The notes beneath the pieces are model-generated. The model was not told the origin of the DNA and made no database searches. It was given only the letters and a program-made list of their open reading frames with translations. Shown here piece by piece: positions 12,001 through 23,784 of a stretch of DNA of 64,000 nucleotides. The stretch covers positions 40,672,001-40,736,000 of the forward strand of contig CM052851.1 in assembly GCA_028534125.1 (NCBI GenBank), read 5' to 3'. Position numbers and translations under genes: made by a program. Source of the stretch: Lama glama (lineage: Eukaryota). Positions within the stretch are counted from its first letter, which is position 1. Every line of letters begins with the position of its first letter.

Positions 12001-15000
12001 CATTGTCCAGGTGGAGGCTGTAGACAAAAGCCAGGAGGTGGGAAGGTAATGGAAGGGGTTGTTCAGGGAACTCGAAGGATCCCAGAGAGGCTGGAGGTGG
12101 ATTACGATTAGGAGTTGGGCAGCTGAGGTCACGCTGTAAATGACTTTGGAGAGGAAGCTGTGGGATTTTGATTTTATCCAGGATTATTTCTAACTGCTGT
12201 AAACTTTCAGTTCTTGGGAACATTTTATCAGGTAGCAAAACTTTTCCCTGAAGATCCTTACATCACATCTGAACATTTAAACTTCTTACTGACCTGCTGC
12301 CTGGGTACCCCATCACAGATCCAGCTCTGCCAAAGGGCTGTCACCTCCATGCCAGCTCCTCCTGGCCCTTGCTGGCCACCTAGCCAACTGAAGGTGCCAG
12401 GAAATCTTACGGGGGCCCAGGAAGACGTGCCACTTTGTCTCCCCAACAGGAGGCTGTGCTTGTCCCTTGTTTCACAGCATAGGGACTTAAGAGGGAGGAC
12501 CCAGTCCCTTCTGAACACTTGTTTTTCCTACAGCCGTCCTCCCTGCCCCTGGTCCCAACTGTACTCCAACCTTGTAGCTTCTAGGAGCCTGGCTCTCAGA
12601 TTCCAAAGCAGTTTCTCCTTCTCTTACTCTGGGGTCCTCAGGCCTGGTATGGGCCAGGCTCCCACATGGACTATGGCTCCCTACTTAGTTCATGAGGATT
12701 GCAGTCCTCTGAACTTTTCCCCCTTTGGACCTGGCTCTGGTGGTGGTAAATCCCCTCCTTGTGCTGAATCAGCATCAGCTGACAGAAGAGAGAAAACATT
12801 TTGTGATTTTGAATGAAGAATATGATTTGTATAACATCCTGGTGTGATTGTCTTAGTCTAGAAATTCTATCAGCTCTTCCATGAAAATGTCCTCATTTCC
12901 TTCAGACAGAATGTTAATCACATTCTCCTCTGAGCTCCCTCAGCCTTTTGCCATAGTACTTTGCATACTTTACCAGAATCACTGGCTTGTTTGCTTTATT
13001 TTGCTTTAGCTTCTCTCTCCCCCGACTCGACTCAGATCCTGAAGTTGCTTACTGCTACCATGGCATAGGAGAAAGATGTTCAGGACCAAATTAGGGCACC
13101 AGCAGATTCTAGAGATAAGGAAGCAAATACAGCCAGTTTCCAGGAGCCCTCAGATGTCAGGGCAAAGGGAGGGATCAAGAATTGCAGGCTGGGTGCCCTG
13201 GGTAGGTGTTGCCATTCAGGAGCAGGCCTGGGAGTGAGTTGATGAATTCGCTTTTGTGCGTGTTGAATTGGAGATTGCTGTGCAGCATCCGAGTTGAAGC
13301 TGTCCGATTCTGGTCTGAGACTGAGCTGAGGAATTCATGCATTTGTTAAATGTCTGCTGTGTGCCAGTTTGCCCCACCAGTGCTGCAAATGCAGCAGTGA
13401 ACAGAACAGACACGGTCCCTGCTTTACCTGGAGCTTACATCTTTGGCAGGGGACAAGGATATTTAAGAGCTATTTAGTCACAGAAATGACAGTGGGTATG
13501 AAAAGAGCTAAAACACATATATCATGGAGACCTAACTTTATGTATGTGTGTTGGTTCAGGGAGTGGAGTTGGTCATTAAAAGCTGCTCTGAAGAGGTGAC
13601 TGGGAAATTCTGAGAACTGGAAAATGAGTAGGAGTTGGCCAGGTGTAAGGGGTGGGACAGGATGGGATGGGAAGAGCAAGACAGCCCCCACCCCACCCCC
13701 CACCCCTGCCAAGCCTCAGTGTTGAGCTGGAAACTACGCTGCCGAGGCTGGAGGAGGCAGAAGTGTTGCCACAGTGCTGATCTGGTGGTAGCTCTAAGTC
13801 CCTCTCACAGCAGCTCTTCAGCCCATGGTGCCTACCTTCTTGTGCTGACAAGTGCTGTCCAACCACGGCGGAGCAGTGCAGAACCCAAAGGCTGTTCTGA
13901 TCAGCCAGGGGAGGGCAAGATTCAGGGTCCACATCAGGAGGGAGTGATGTCCATTGGTGGGACCAGTTCAAACAGCCCTGCAGGCCTAAGAAATGGGGAT
14001 GGTACAGGAGCAGAGGGACCAATCCATTAAGAAGGGAGCAAGTTTGGATCAGAGAGCAAGGCCAGTTTCTCCAGTGCTGCTCCTGACTTGATTCATCTTA
14101 TGTCTCTAGAGCCTCTAACAAAGCAGTGTGTGAGATGTGTGCAGTGAGTGATGTTTTGGCTGTGCAGGAGAGGCCAAACGGCTTAACTCTAGAGGAGAGG
14201 AGCATTAAAACAGGCGCTTTTAGGATGGGGAGACCTGAGCGTGTTGGGCAGCTAAGGTGGAGGAGGTTGGAGAGGGCAGGAGTTTGAAGGGTTTAACCCT
14301 GTCTGGGAGGAAGGTCACCGTATCAGCCTCACAGCCCGGACGGGCTATCCTTGTCCATCCCCCTACCCTCACCTGCCCCTTCCTTGTCTGCTACGAAGTC
14401 TTACTGAGTCTTCCTCCTCCATGTCTCTTGAGTCCATCTACTTCCCTCTAGCAAGCGGTCCAAGCCAGCGTCATTTCTCACCTGGACCACTGCAGCACCT
14501 CTGACTGGTTGGCTAGCTTCCAGTCCTGACTCCTTCCTGCAGCCAGAGTGCTCTTTCTGAAAAAGCTCCCATGTGTTTTTTCCTACACCACCAAGCAATT
14601 CTCCAAGTCTCAGTGAACACTGACCAGGGGTCCTGTAAATTTGATTCAATTCTGACACTGTCCACCTGGAGATAGTGTCACATCCCACAGGTTAAGGGCT
14701 CAGTCCCGAACGACTGCCTCTACTTCAGACGCCAATTGAAAGTTCGGCTTGTCGCCTGTACTGACCGACTAGCTGTAAATTGGAAGTTCCCACAACCCAC
14801 TTTTGGGGTTTAATTAATTAGCTAGAGCAGCTCACAGAACTCCAGGAAACATTTAATTATGTTTACCAGTTTACTATATGGAATACAGATGAACAGCCAG
14901 GTAAGAGGTATGTAGGGTAAGGTCTGAAAGAGTCCCTAGTGTAGGAGCTTTGGTTCCTGTGGAACTGGGGTACACACCCTTCTAGCACCAATCCGGAAGT

Positions 15001-18000
15001 TCATCAAATCTTGTTGTTCAAGAGTGTTTAGAGAGCTTAATCTGTGCTTTCCACCCATTCTCCTTCCCAGTGGTTGGTGGGCAGGGCTGAAATTTCCAGC
15101 TCTTCAATCGCATGATCTTTCATGCGACCAGCCCCTCCTGAAGCCATCCAGGGATCTCACCCTACGTCTCCTCATTCGCATAAGCTCAAAAGGGGCTCCT
15201 TTTGAATGACAGAAGACACTCCCATTAATCTAGAAATTCTGAGGGTTTGAGGAGCTCTGTGCCAGGCACGGGGGACAAATACCAAATCTATTTCTTATTA
15301 TACCATCAAAGCAAATCTCATCTTGTCCCTCACAATTTTCAGTGAATCCTCATTATACCCAGAATAAAACCTTTTTCCTTTTGTTCTTTATGGGCCTGCC
15401 TGCTGCAATCCAGCCACACTGGACAGCAGCGTCTGTACTGGACTCTGTGCCTTTTACACACTGATGATTCTGCTTAAACACCTTTTTTCCTCCTTCTTTA
15501 CCTGACAACTTTGGTTCCTCTCTTAGCATCCTTATTAGGCTCTTAGCTCAGATGGCCCCTGCTCTTGGAGCCTTTCCTGACCACCCCCACCCCTTTCACA
15601 GTCTTACAATCCCATTCTCCCCTCTGCTGCATGTCCCCTAAGGTGCAGGCTGTGTCTGAGTCTTCTCTGTACCCCCAGCAGGGTGTCGGTAAGTACTTGC
15701 TGAATGAGGAATGAATGGAGGTCTCCTCCCTCAGGATCCTGCTCCCTTCCCTCTGTGCCCACAGTCTCTCCCCTCCTGCCTGCTCCCTCCCTTGCTCCTC
15801 TGCTCCAGGTTTTCTCCAACGAAGGCCAGTTCAAGTTCCGCTTCGGGGTCCGAGGCCGCTCGCCTGGGCAGCTGCAGCGCCCCACAGGAGTGGCAGTGGA
15901 CACCAACGGAGACATTATCGTGGCAGACTACGACAACCGCTGGGTCAGCATCTTCTCCCCTGAGGGCAAGTTCAAGGTGAGAGGCCTACTGTCACTCTAC
16001 TCTGCACCCCTGGTGGCCAGCTGAGGTGACCATTCTAGTGCCTCCTGGTGGTCAGGTCCTGGAATGCTTGGTCCATCCCCAACGTGAGGTTCTGCTTTGC
16101 TGCCAGGCTGGGACTACTCTCCCACCAGGCAGGTTAGAGCCCCTAANNNNNNNNNNNNNNNNNNNNNNNNNNNNNNNNNNNNNNNNNNNNNNNNNNNNNN
16201 NNNNNNNNNNNNNNNNNNNNNNNNNNNNNNNNNNNNNNNNNNNNNNNNNNNNNNNNNNNNNNNNNNNNNNNNNNNNNNNNNNNNNNNNNNNNNNCCGTTT
16301 TGGGGGTCGTGGGGCCACTGACCGCCACTTTGCAGGTATTGGGGGAGAATTCAGATACCTATTCTGACACCCCAGTCCTAGAGAGCTTGCCTGGGTGCCC
16401 CAGCTCCAGAGACCCCTCCTGCTATATTTTGGCCCTAGGGGACCCCTCCCTTCATGGTGTCCTAGTAGCACCATCCCAGAGACCTCCCCATCTCCTAGCA
16501 CCCCAGCTCTCTCATCCCAAATGCTCTTCCCCATCCCACTCAGCATCCCAGCTTACTGCCAGAGAGCCTACTTTGTATTTTCAGGGCCCCATTTTGTGGC
16601 TGTGAACAACAAGAACGAGATTGTAGTGACGGATTTCCATAACCATTCAGTGAAGGTCAGTGTTCCCCCTCCCTCCAGGACCACTGTCCCAACATCCTTT
16701 CCTCTTCCACAAGACTCCTCTCCCCCTCACTTCCTTCTTTTCTCCCTTGAGATCATTGATTTGAACAGTCAACATTCATGGCATGGCTCCGCTGTCCCAG
16801 GCACTATGCTAGAAGCTGGGAATACAGTGATGAGTAAGGCAAATATGTTCCTTATCTTTTAGGAGGGGTGTGGTCCAGTAGGGGAGAGAAAAAGGTGCTA
16901 GGATATTACAGTGTGATGTGATAGATTCTGTGATAGGGGAGTGCAGGGAACTGGGGGAAGGCGTAGCAGGAGCATTTGATTCAGGTGAGACAGAGAATGA
17001 CCTAAAGCACAAGTGGGAATTAACCAGAAGGAGGAGGGACAGGAGGAGCCAAGAACTAGAGGTGGGAACCCTTACCGTGTAGTCAAGGAATTCCAAGTAG
17101 TTCAGACTGGATTTGAGGAGGGGAGTGGTTCCAGGTGAGAACGGGGCTGGCTCATTCCCTTAAGGGGCTTCCTCTCTTCCTAAGAGCCACGGGGAGTCAC
17201 TGAAGGATTGCGGGCATCAGGGTGATGCAATCCTGTGTGTCTCAGAAAGATTGCTCTGGCTGGGGCGAGACTAAAGGCAGGAAGATCAATCTTTTGCAAT
17301 CATCCAGATGAGGACCATTGCAGTGGCAGTATGTGCATTGGGTACAGATTGAAGATAGAATCAGCGGGTTGTGGTAATTCATTGGCTGTCAAGCAAAGGA
17401 GAAGGTGGAGTCGAGAATGACTCATGGACACCTGGGTGTTGCCAATCACTGAGAAAGAGAACATAGAAGAACTGCTTTCCCTGGGAGGATGAGCTGTTAG
17501 ATCTGAGATGCCCAAGGGACATCAGCTGGCGACGTCCAGTAGGCAGTGAGATGCATGGACGTGAAGCCTGGAAAGAAGAACTGGTTTGTAACTGCAGATC
17601 TGGGGGTCCTCAGCCCTGGGACTTCACCTCTTCCTCCTCCAAAGCCCCGCCCTCTGCCTGAGGCCAGGTCCCCAGTCCCCAGCCCTCTCCCCTGCCAGGT
17701 GTACAGTGCCGACGGAGAGTTCCTCTTCAAGTTCGGCTCCCACGGTGAGGGCAACGGGCAGTTCAACGCCCCCACGGGAGTAGCTGTGGACTCCAATGGG
17801 AACATCATCGTGGCTGACTGGGGCAACAGCCGCATCCAGGTGAGGCAGGCCCAGGGATGGCATGAGGGGGAGGTTTCCTGCTGGGCCCCACACACCCGCC
17901 TCCCAAGATGCTGCCACCCACCTGATCTCACCTACACCTCCAATCTCCACTCCTCCCNNNNNNNNNNNNNNNNNNNNNNNNNNNNNNNNNNNNNNNNNNN

Positions 18001-18114
18001 NNNNNNNNNNNNNNNNNNNNNNNNNNNNNNNNNNNNNNNNNNNNNNNNNNNNNNNNNNNNNNNNNNNNNNNNNNNNNNNNNNNNNNNNNNNNNNNNNNNN
18101 NNNNNCTCCAGTAG
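2905..18114 (+). CDS. TRIM3: Tripartite motif-containing protein 3 (RING-B-box-coiled coil-filamin-NHL E3 ligase), whole CDS span, ~744 aa
   Basis: join(2905..3035,8790..9021,9247..9398,9613..9793,10084..10816,10944..11047,15809..15976,~16167..16335,16585..16655,17699..17839,~17962..18114). All visible junctions are GT-AG and phase-consistent; total 2235 nt if the masked exons are human-sized. Non-coding exon 1 not identified, probably upstream of the window. Confidence 0.97.
4725..4950 (-). mobile_element. MIR SINE
   Basis: ttaatcctcacaac..attatccccattttaga..ggaaattagggttcagag..ctaaggctccatagc. Confidence 0.7.
8790..9021 (+). CDS. TRIM3: TRIM3 exon (RING C-half, B-box start)
   Basis: [37 protein letters not shown]...CPNHEGK; ccag|...|gtggg. 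Confidence 0.96.
9247..9398 (+). CDS. TRIM3: TRIM3 exon (B-box)
   Basis: [51 protein letters not shown]; GT-AG. Confidence 0.96.
9613..9793 (+). CDS. TRIM3: TRIM3 exon (coiled coil)
   Basis: [60 protein letters not shown]. Confidence 0.96.
10084..10816 (+). CDS. TRIM3: TRIM3 exon (coiled coil + filamin domain)
   Basis: [17 protein letters not shown]...[11 protein letters not shown]...GSPFRVRA...EDELVFRV; 733 nt. Confidence 0.97.
10944..11047 (+). CDS. TRIM3: TRIM3 exon (NHL1)
   Basis: [35 protein letters not shown]; cag|...|gtaag. Confidence 0.96.
11780..11990 (+). mobile_element. MIR SINE
   Basis: ggctctgaaaccagacacctgggcttgaatcctagctctgtcacttactg..tgtaaaat..tacctcatagggttg. Confidence 0.75.
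14572..15305 (-). mobile_element. MER21-family solo LTR in TRIM3 intron
   Basis: Reverse complement begins tggtataataagaaatagatttggtatttgtcccccgtgcctggcacagagctcc; typical MER21 core on the + strand (caattctgacact..cctggagatag..cccacaggttaagggctcagtccc). Confidence 0.8.
15809..15976 (+). CDS. TRIM3: TRIM3 exon (NHL2)
   Basis: [56 protein letters not shown]. Confidence 0.96.
16167..16335 (+). CDS. TRIM3: TRIM3 exon (NHL3), 5' part hidden by N run; start inferred
   Basis: Visible 3' end [13 protein letters not shown]|gtatt; start inferred from the recalled 169-nt orthologous exon, which fits the frame. Confidence 0.8.
16585..16655 (+). CDS. TRIM3: TRIM3 exon (NHL4)
   Basis: [24 protein letters not shown]; ttttcag|...|gtcag. 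Confidence 0.95.
17699..17839 (+). CDS. TRIM3: TRIM3 exon (NHL5)
   Basis: [47 protein letters not shown]. Confidence 0.96.
17962..18114 (+). CDS. TRIM3: TRIM3 last coding exon (NHL6), mostly hidden by N run
   Basis: Only CTC CAG TAG (L-Q-stop, the TRIM3 C-terminus) visible at 18106-18114; start inferred from a 153-nt orthologous coding part. Confidence 0.78.
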   Translation, partial: XXXXXXXXXXXXXXXXXXXXXXXXXXXXXXXXXXXXXXXXXXXXXXXXLQ

Positions 18115-18511
18115 CTGCACAGGGGCCCTGCCTGGCTCATGGAGGGACGGACATAGGGGTGATTGGACAAGATGGTCTGGCCAGAAAGTGGGCCAGACCT
18201 GGCAGCACTGAATGTGGGCTGCGGGCGTCAGTGCGCCCAGTGGCCTCCCTCTCCCCATCTCCCAACCCCACGGTTGCACTTTATTTATTCGGTTCTTGCT
18301 TTGGTGACTGGGTGGGCCTGGACTGTTGTCCCAAGGATGTGTGCAGAGCTTCACCCTCCCCTCCCCACCTCCACACCTCCCCGTCCCCTCAGTCTGCTCC
18401 CCATCCCCCAGCCTGGGGCCAGAACAGCCTCATACTCCAGGGCAGAAGTCCCTCTGGTTGTCTCCCTACCACCCGTACACACTGACAGAGACAGCAATAC
18501 CCCACCCCCAT

Positions 18512-18521
18512 ATTAAATAAA
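18512..18521 (+). terminator. TRIM3 polyadenylation signal
   Basis: Overlapping ATTAAA/AATAAA followed by a GT-rich downstream element (ggttgtgttgtttt). Confidence 0.8.
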
Positions 18522-18699
18522 TGCGTTCACCAAGATGGTTGTGTTGTTTTCTTGCGGGCTGGGAGCGGAGGGGATGGCGGGACCAGATCTGGACTAAAAG
18601 GTGGGCAAGCAGCCAGGGAGGGGACTGATTCCCAAATGTGCCCTGATGTTTTGAAGCTTCAGGAGAGGAGAGCGAGAGAGAGGGAACCCTGGGACTCAG

Positions 18700-19975
18700 C
18701 CACTGTAAATGCCTGCCCCCAGGCCCACATCTTCTGTAGAAATAGTAAATCCTTTGGCTGTCTGCTGAGAGGAGCCTGGAAAAATGACCCTTGCCGAGAA
18801 CACAGCCAGCAGCGGCCAGGAGAACAGTTGCAGGGATGGTGGGCATCCTGGAAGCCCGGGCCTGGGCCGGGGACCAGGGACAAGCCCAGGTGGGAGCTGG
18901 GTGTGGGAGCCTCCGTGGCCAGCTCTAGGGCTCAGTCCTGAAGCCTGGGAGCAATGCTTCATCCCCTTGTTCTTCATTCCGTGACTGCTGCCCCTTCCCC
19001 ACAGTGGAACAAGGGTCCCAGCACCCTGGCCCAAGCCCTCTTTTGCCAGGGTTTGGCTGCCAATTCCGGAGATAATTACCACCAACGCTCAGTGACTGGG
19101 GAGGTGGCACTGTGGTTTCTCCCGCTCTACAAATGGCTGAAGCTGCTCTTCATCGCTGAGGAAGAGCAGAGCCCAGGCTTGAATCTGTAGCTGTCATGCT
19201 CCTAACTGGGCAGTGACAGCACCTTACTCATTCTCATTCCCCTTGCACCCGACACGGCAACTGGCACAGAAGACACTCACAGGATTTGGGGAATGATGGA
19301 TCTGGGAAGGTTGGTTTGTGAGACTTTGTGGGAAAGTTCAAGACTTTGTCCTGGTGTAACAACACGACTCCTGGAGCAAGATGGGAGAGCTTGTCCATGG
19401 ACCCGTGGGAGACAACAGGGGCTTTGCAGGGATCAAGGGGCACTGTGTGGACCACAGGGAAGTCTTGGTGACATTCACCTCCCTGGTTTTTTTGACCCCA
19501 CTGGTTGGGATCTGGTAGGCAGGTGGAGGGACATAAGAACTCCCTGAACTCTAGGGCAAGCATCTTTTTTATTTTTAATTCTATTTTTTATTGAAGCATA
19601 GTCCATTTACAATGTTAGTTTCATGTGTACAGAAAAGTGATTCAGTTATACATATACATACATATATTTTTTCAGATTCTTTTCCATTATAGGGTAAGCA
19701 TTCTTACAAGGCCTATACTCCTGGCCGATTGTGGGTAGGATTGCCTGAGCCCATGCCCTGACCAGCAGAGACCATGTGCTCAATCATCAGTCACTTGGCA
19801 CCAAGGGGGCCTTCCCTGGGAGCCTCAGTGATGGTCTGTTCCTCCCTTGCACTCCCACCCTGAGCAGAGCACTAGCAATGACACTGAGGATGGAAACTCA
19901 TAGTTTCAGCCCTCAACATCTCCGTGCTTACAATCTGGACACCTAAAGTTAGCGAGGGAATAAGATGGCAATAAA
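18700..19975 (+). pseudogene. Putative decayed B-box/NHL-repeat (TRIM-NHL-like) gene relic
   Basis: Frameshifted motifs CPQAHIFCRNSKSFGCLL; QGLAANSGD..SDWGGG; IKGHCVDH..VLVT..FDPTG; ILLADCG*DCL. GT-AG intron 18890-19004; AATAAA at 19970; interrupted by an L1 fragment. Confidence 0.4.
19565..19692 (-). mobile_element. 5'-truncated L1 3' end (cetartiodactyl type) with TSD
   Basis: T-rich tail, then ttattgaagcatagt..tttacaatgttagtttc..tgattcagttatacatat..cagattcttttccattatagg; flanked by tagggcaagcat / tagggtaagcat. Confidence 0.75.
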
Positions 19976-21089
19976 GGTGAACTTTCTTGGGCAGGGAGCC
20001 CCACATGGCTTCCCTACCAGCCCGAGAACAGGCTCCTGGAGCTGATTTCCACAGATACCAGATTAGGCAGTCAGCCTAAGCCACGCAGAAGCCGTCTCAA
20101 GGAGAGGCCCCTCACTTCCTCCTGCACCTGATCACGGTGGGCATTTTCTCTCCACTTCAGAGCTTGGGCCCAGAAGCAGGTGGTGGGGGTGCCTGGCAGT
20201 GGAAGCTATGCCTTGATTTAGCTGGCACAAGTCTTAAGTGATCTTCACAGACTTGGGGGCTGCAGCAGAGCCCCTGCTGGCACAGGTCAGAAAGTTATTT
20301 TGTGGTCCTGCAGAGGCTCACACTATGCTTACATGGGGCTGTCTGGTGACTGGAGCAGCCCCATTGCTGCATGTGGCCTGCAGTTTCACTTAGTCATTCA
20401 GAAAGTACTTCTGAGCACTTACTACTGATCAGACAGAGGGGTGGGCCCTGGGAATACAGACAGCAATGGTCTTTGCCCTTATGGAGCTTATAGTTCAGTG
20501 GGGAAGGCAGGCAAACAAGTAGGCACAAGGAACTAAATGTGTAATGCAAGTTTGTGTTCAAGTTGTGAAGGAAATGAATGGAATGCATTAAATACAATAG
20601 TTAGTGAATATGGTATTAAATAGGGTGGGCAAAGAAGGCCTCTCTGAGCAATGACCTGCAGGTTGTGGGGTGGTGGGGAGGGAACCATACCAATAGTATG
20701 GTTTAATAAAATAATTCATATTATATCAAGTGTTTAGTGCAGTGCCAGGCACACAAGTACCCAACGGATACCAGCAAATTATTATTATAATTATTTAGTC
20801 ATAGGGAAGGAAGAATGGACTATGCTGGAAGGCCCATTACAGAGCAAGAGAAATTCTTGGAGGAGGTGGTTGGGAGCAGAGAGTATTTTTTGGTACCTGG
20901 AGCTAATTTTAAGCCTGGGGCGAGGGAGAATCCAGTCTCTGCTCCCTGGAGTACATAACTACGGGCAGCAGGGTCAGCACACTACGCACTCACTGGGCCC
21001 CCGGAGAAATAAGTGAGATCAGAGACCCCAGATAACGGCAGTGCAGGCTGCACACAGTCCTCCCAAGGGACAGGGGGTTGGCGTCCAGC

Positions 21090-22240
21090 TTTAATGTGGC
21101 ACCTGGCAATGCAAGAGGATGCGCTGTCCATGAAGATGTTTGCAAGCCCCCGTTCAGACGCCCTTAGAAGGAAGCCAGAAAACTGCTGGTTAGGAGGAAC
21201 GGGAAGACCACATGAAAAGGGAGATGATTGTATATTTCTGAGCTTGAATTCCCCCAGAAATCAAGCAAGAGACTGACAGTCCCAAACCCACTCCTACTCT
21301 GGGCAGCAGAGATTTGCAGAGGAAGGGGACGTGGCACTAAGCCACCATAGCCAGGCGGAGAGGAGTGAGAAGGGAGGAAGTCTGTGGAAAGACAGTTTTA
21401 GGGAGGGCAAACTCCAGGGCTACGGCTTCCAGTTGAAGCGTGGGAGCGCAATGATCCCTGCGGCCTCCAGAGGGCGCCCGGACCCAAGTATGGACAAACA
21501 CTTGATCCGCAGCCCAGGCCAGAGGGCTGGGAAGGACTCGGGACCAGCAGAAATAGCCACCTTAGGTGAGGAGACGAAAAGCAAGGCCAGCTCTATCTTG
21601 GGACCCTTGAATGTCCTTGCCTGCCGCCCTGTGACCAGCATCAGGAGGGCCAATATCCACAGCCTGGGTTCTCACATGGATATCCTCTCAGCCCCTGCAC
21701 AGAACGTGAGCTTCAACCTGAGCTGCCCGCCATGCAAAAGACTCTGCCTGCCTAGTCCCTGAGGGGATGAGGGGATGGGGGTGCGTGGGAGGAAAGAGGA
21801 AGGCTTCCACTAGTGGTATCTAAGCCACCATAGGGTAGACAAGGCAATTAGGAAACAGCAGTGAAAGGTGCCACAAATCATTCTTCTGCAATGGAGAGAC
21901 CCAGGGGTGCTGTGAAGGGGACCAGAGCTGGGTGGGAAAGAAGAGGCCAAGCTGAAAAACTGTCACCTGGTATACATGCTGTGTTCCCTAAAGAGCCCTG
22001 CTAGACCAGAGAGGAGGCTATTCCCCGGAGCAGCAGGTCCGTGCAGGGCCCTGACTGTTGGAGACAGTCACAGTGGGCTTTCTGGGGGGCGTTCACGACT
22101 CAGTGCGAATGCGTCCATCTCCCCACGCAGGCTCAGCCAAATCTGTAGGACACGCAGCCACAGTTCTGGAGTTAGTGATGGTTGTTGAGGGGTTGCTGAT
22201 GAAAGGTCATTGGAGGTTCAGAAAGGAGAATCCTGGGAAG
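21090..22240 (-). pseudogene. Unidentified spliced, coding-like relic convergent with the NHL relic
   Basis: Minus-strand intron 21966-21759 (CAG|gtgaca ... long pyrimidine tract ..ctcag|G), a long frame broken by two stops, ATTAAA at 21090-21095; no recognisable TE. Confidence 0.22.
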
Positions 22241-23100
22241 GTCATGTAAGGCTTTAGAGGATGAGACGGAAGAAAAAGTGAGGGGCGTCTGGGAGTAGCA
22301 GCATCCAGTGCCCAGCAGCTGGCGGTGGGGGTGGGTAGAGCAGGTCCAGCCAAGGATGCCCTGCGCTGGGAAAAGGTGGGTGTCAGGCACCTGTCGTGGG
22401 ATCTGTGGCACTGCCCATGCTGCCAAGGGCTTGGTGAGTCCAACTTTATTCACTAACTTATGAGGAGGAGTGAAGTTAACAAGGCACATTTTCATTGTAA
22501 GTCAGGAGAGGATGTTGAGATTGATGGCTGAGGCCTGGTGACAGATTGTTGTCCAGTCCCAGAAATCTCTGTCTTCCTATTAGGAGGAACCCTGGCACAG
22601 TTGGTAAGGGACCTGGGACCTGTGCTGAGGTTATACAGGGGAATGTCAACGGCATGGCACCTTCTGAGACGTATCAGGGGCCCTTCAGGGCTGGGGAACA
22701 GGGGTCCTGGAACCTCAGCCTGGCCCAGAGCTGACTTTGCACATATTTGTCTTCTGACTCAGCAACCTCAGGCTTGTCTCAGATGGAAATGGGACAGCCT
22801 TCGGGAGTGGCCCCGGCTAATACTGAAGATAGCAGGTACTAGAGATAGCAGGTGAGATCCCAGGGCTGGAGGAGAAGAGATATATAGGGCTGGGACCCTG
22901 GAGAGAGAAACAAGATCTTAAGATGAAGGTCAGTGCCAAGGAGACCTATGACTCCTAGAGCCAATATTCCCCCATCATAACACATCTCCAGTCCTGAAGG
23001 AGGAAAATTGTCAGAAATTCTGCTGCAACATTAGTAATGCTAGTCAGTACTTGAAATCAATTTTTTTCATTTATTTCAAATATTTATTGAGCATCTCTAA

Positions 23101-23555
23101 CAGGCATACCTCATTTATTGCACTTTGCTTTACTGTGCTTCACAGATACTGCATTTTTTACAAATTGACGGCTTGTGGTAACCCTGAATTGAATACTTTC
23201 CAACAGCATTTGCTCATTTTGTGTCTCTGTAATTTTGGCAATTCTTGAAATAGTTCAAACTTTTTCATTAATGTTATATTTGTTGTGGTGATCTGTGATG
23301 TGACTCTTGCGGAAAGATTACTACTCCCTTGAAGGCTCAGATGACAGCATTTTTAGCAATAAAGTATTTTTAAATTAAGGTATATATTTTTCTTTAGACC
23401 TAGTGTTCTTATACACTTAATAAACTACTATAGTGTAAATCTAACTTATATATGCACTAGGAAACCAAAAAATTTGTATGACCCAGTTTATTGTGAGGTT
23501 CACTTTATTGTGGTTGGTCTGGAACCAAACGTGTGATATCTCCAAGGTATGCCTG
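23101..23555 (+). mobile_element. Tigger1-derived non-autonomous DNA transposon (TcMar-Tigger)
   Basis: Terminal inverted repeats CAGGCATACCT...AGGTATGCCTG with Tigger1 subterminal sequence; inserted into an L2 3' end. Confidence 0.85.
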
Positions 23556-23670
23556 GATGTGCCAGGTACTAGTTTAGGTGGGGAAGATGTAACTATGTAA
23601 GACAGGCAAAACAGAAGAAAAAAAGCATAAGTAAGCAAAGCGTAAGCAAAAGCGTATTAGATAGATGACA

Positions 23671-23784
23671 TTTTTAAAGCTTATTTTTATTGAAGTATAG
23701 TTTATTTATAATGTGTTAGTTTCAGGTATACAGTAAAGTGGTTCAATTATACATATACATATATATTCTTTTTCAGATTCTTTT
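23671..23784 (-). mobile_element. L1 3'-end fragment (same family as 19565)
   Basis: ttattgaagtatagtt..ttagtttcaggtatacag..ttatacatatacatatatattctttttcagattctttt. Confidence 0.7.
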
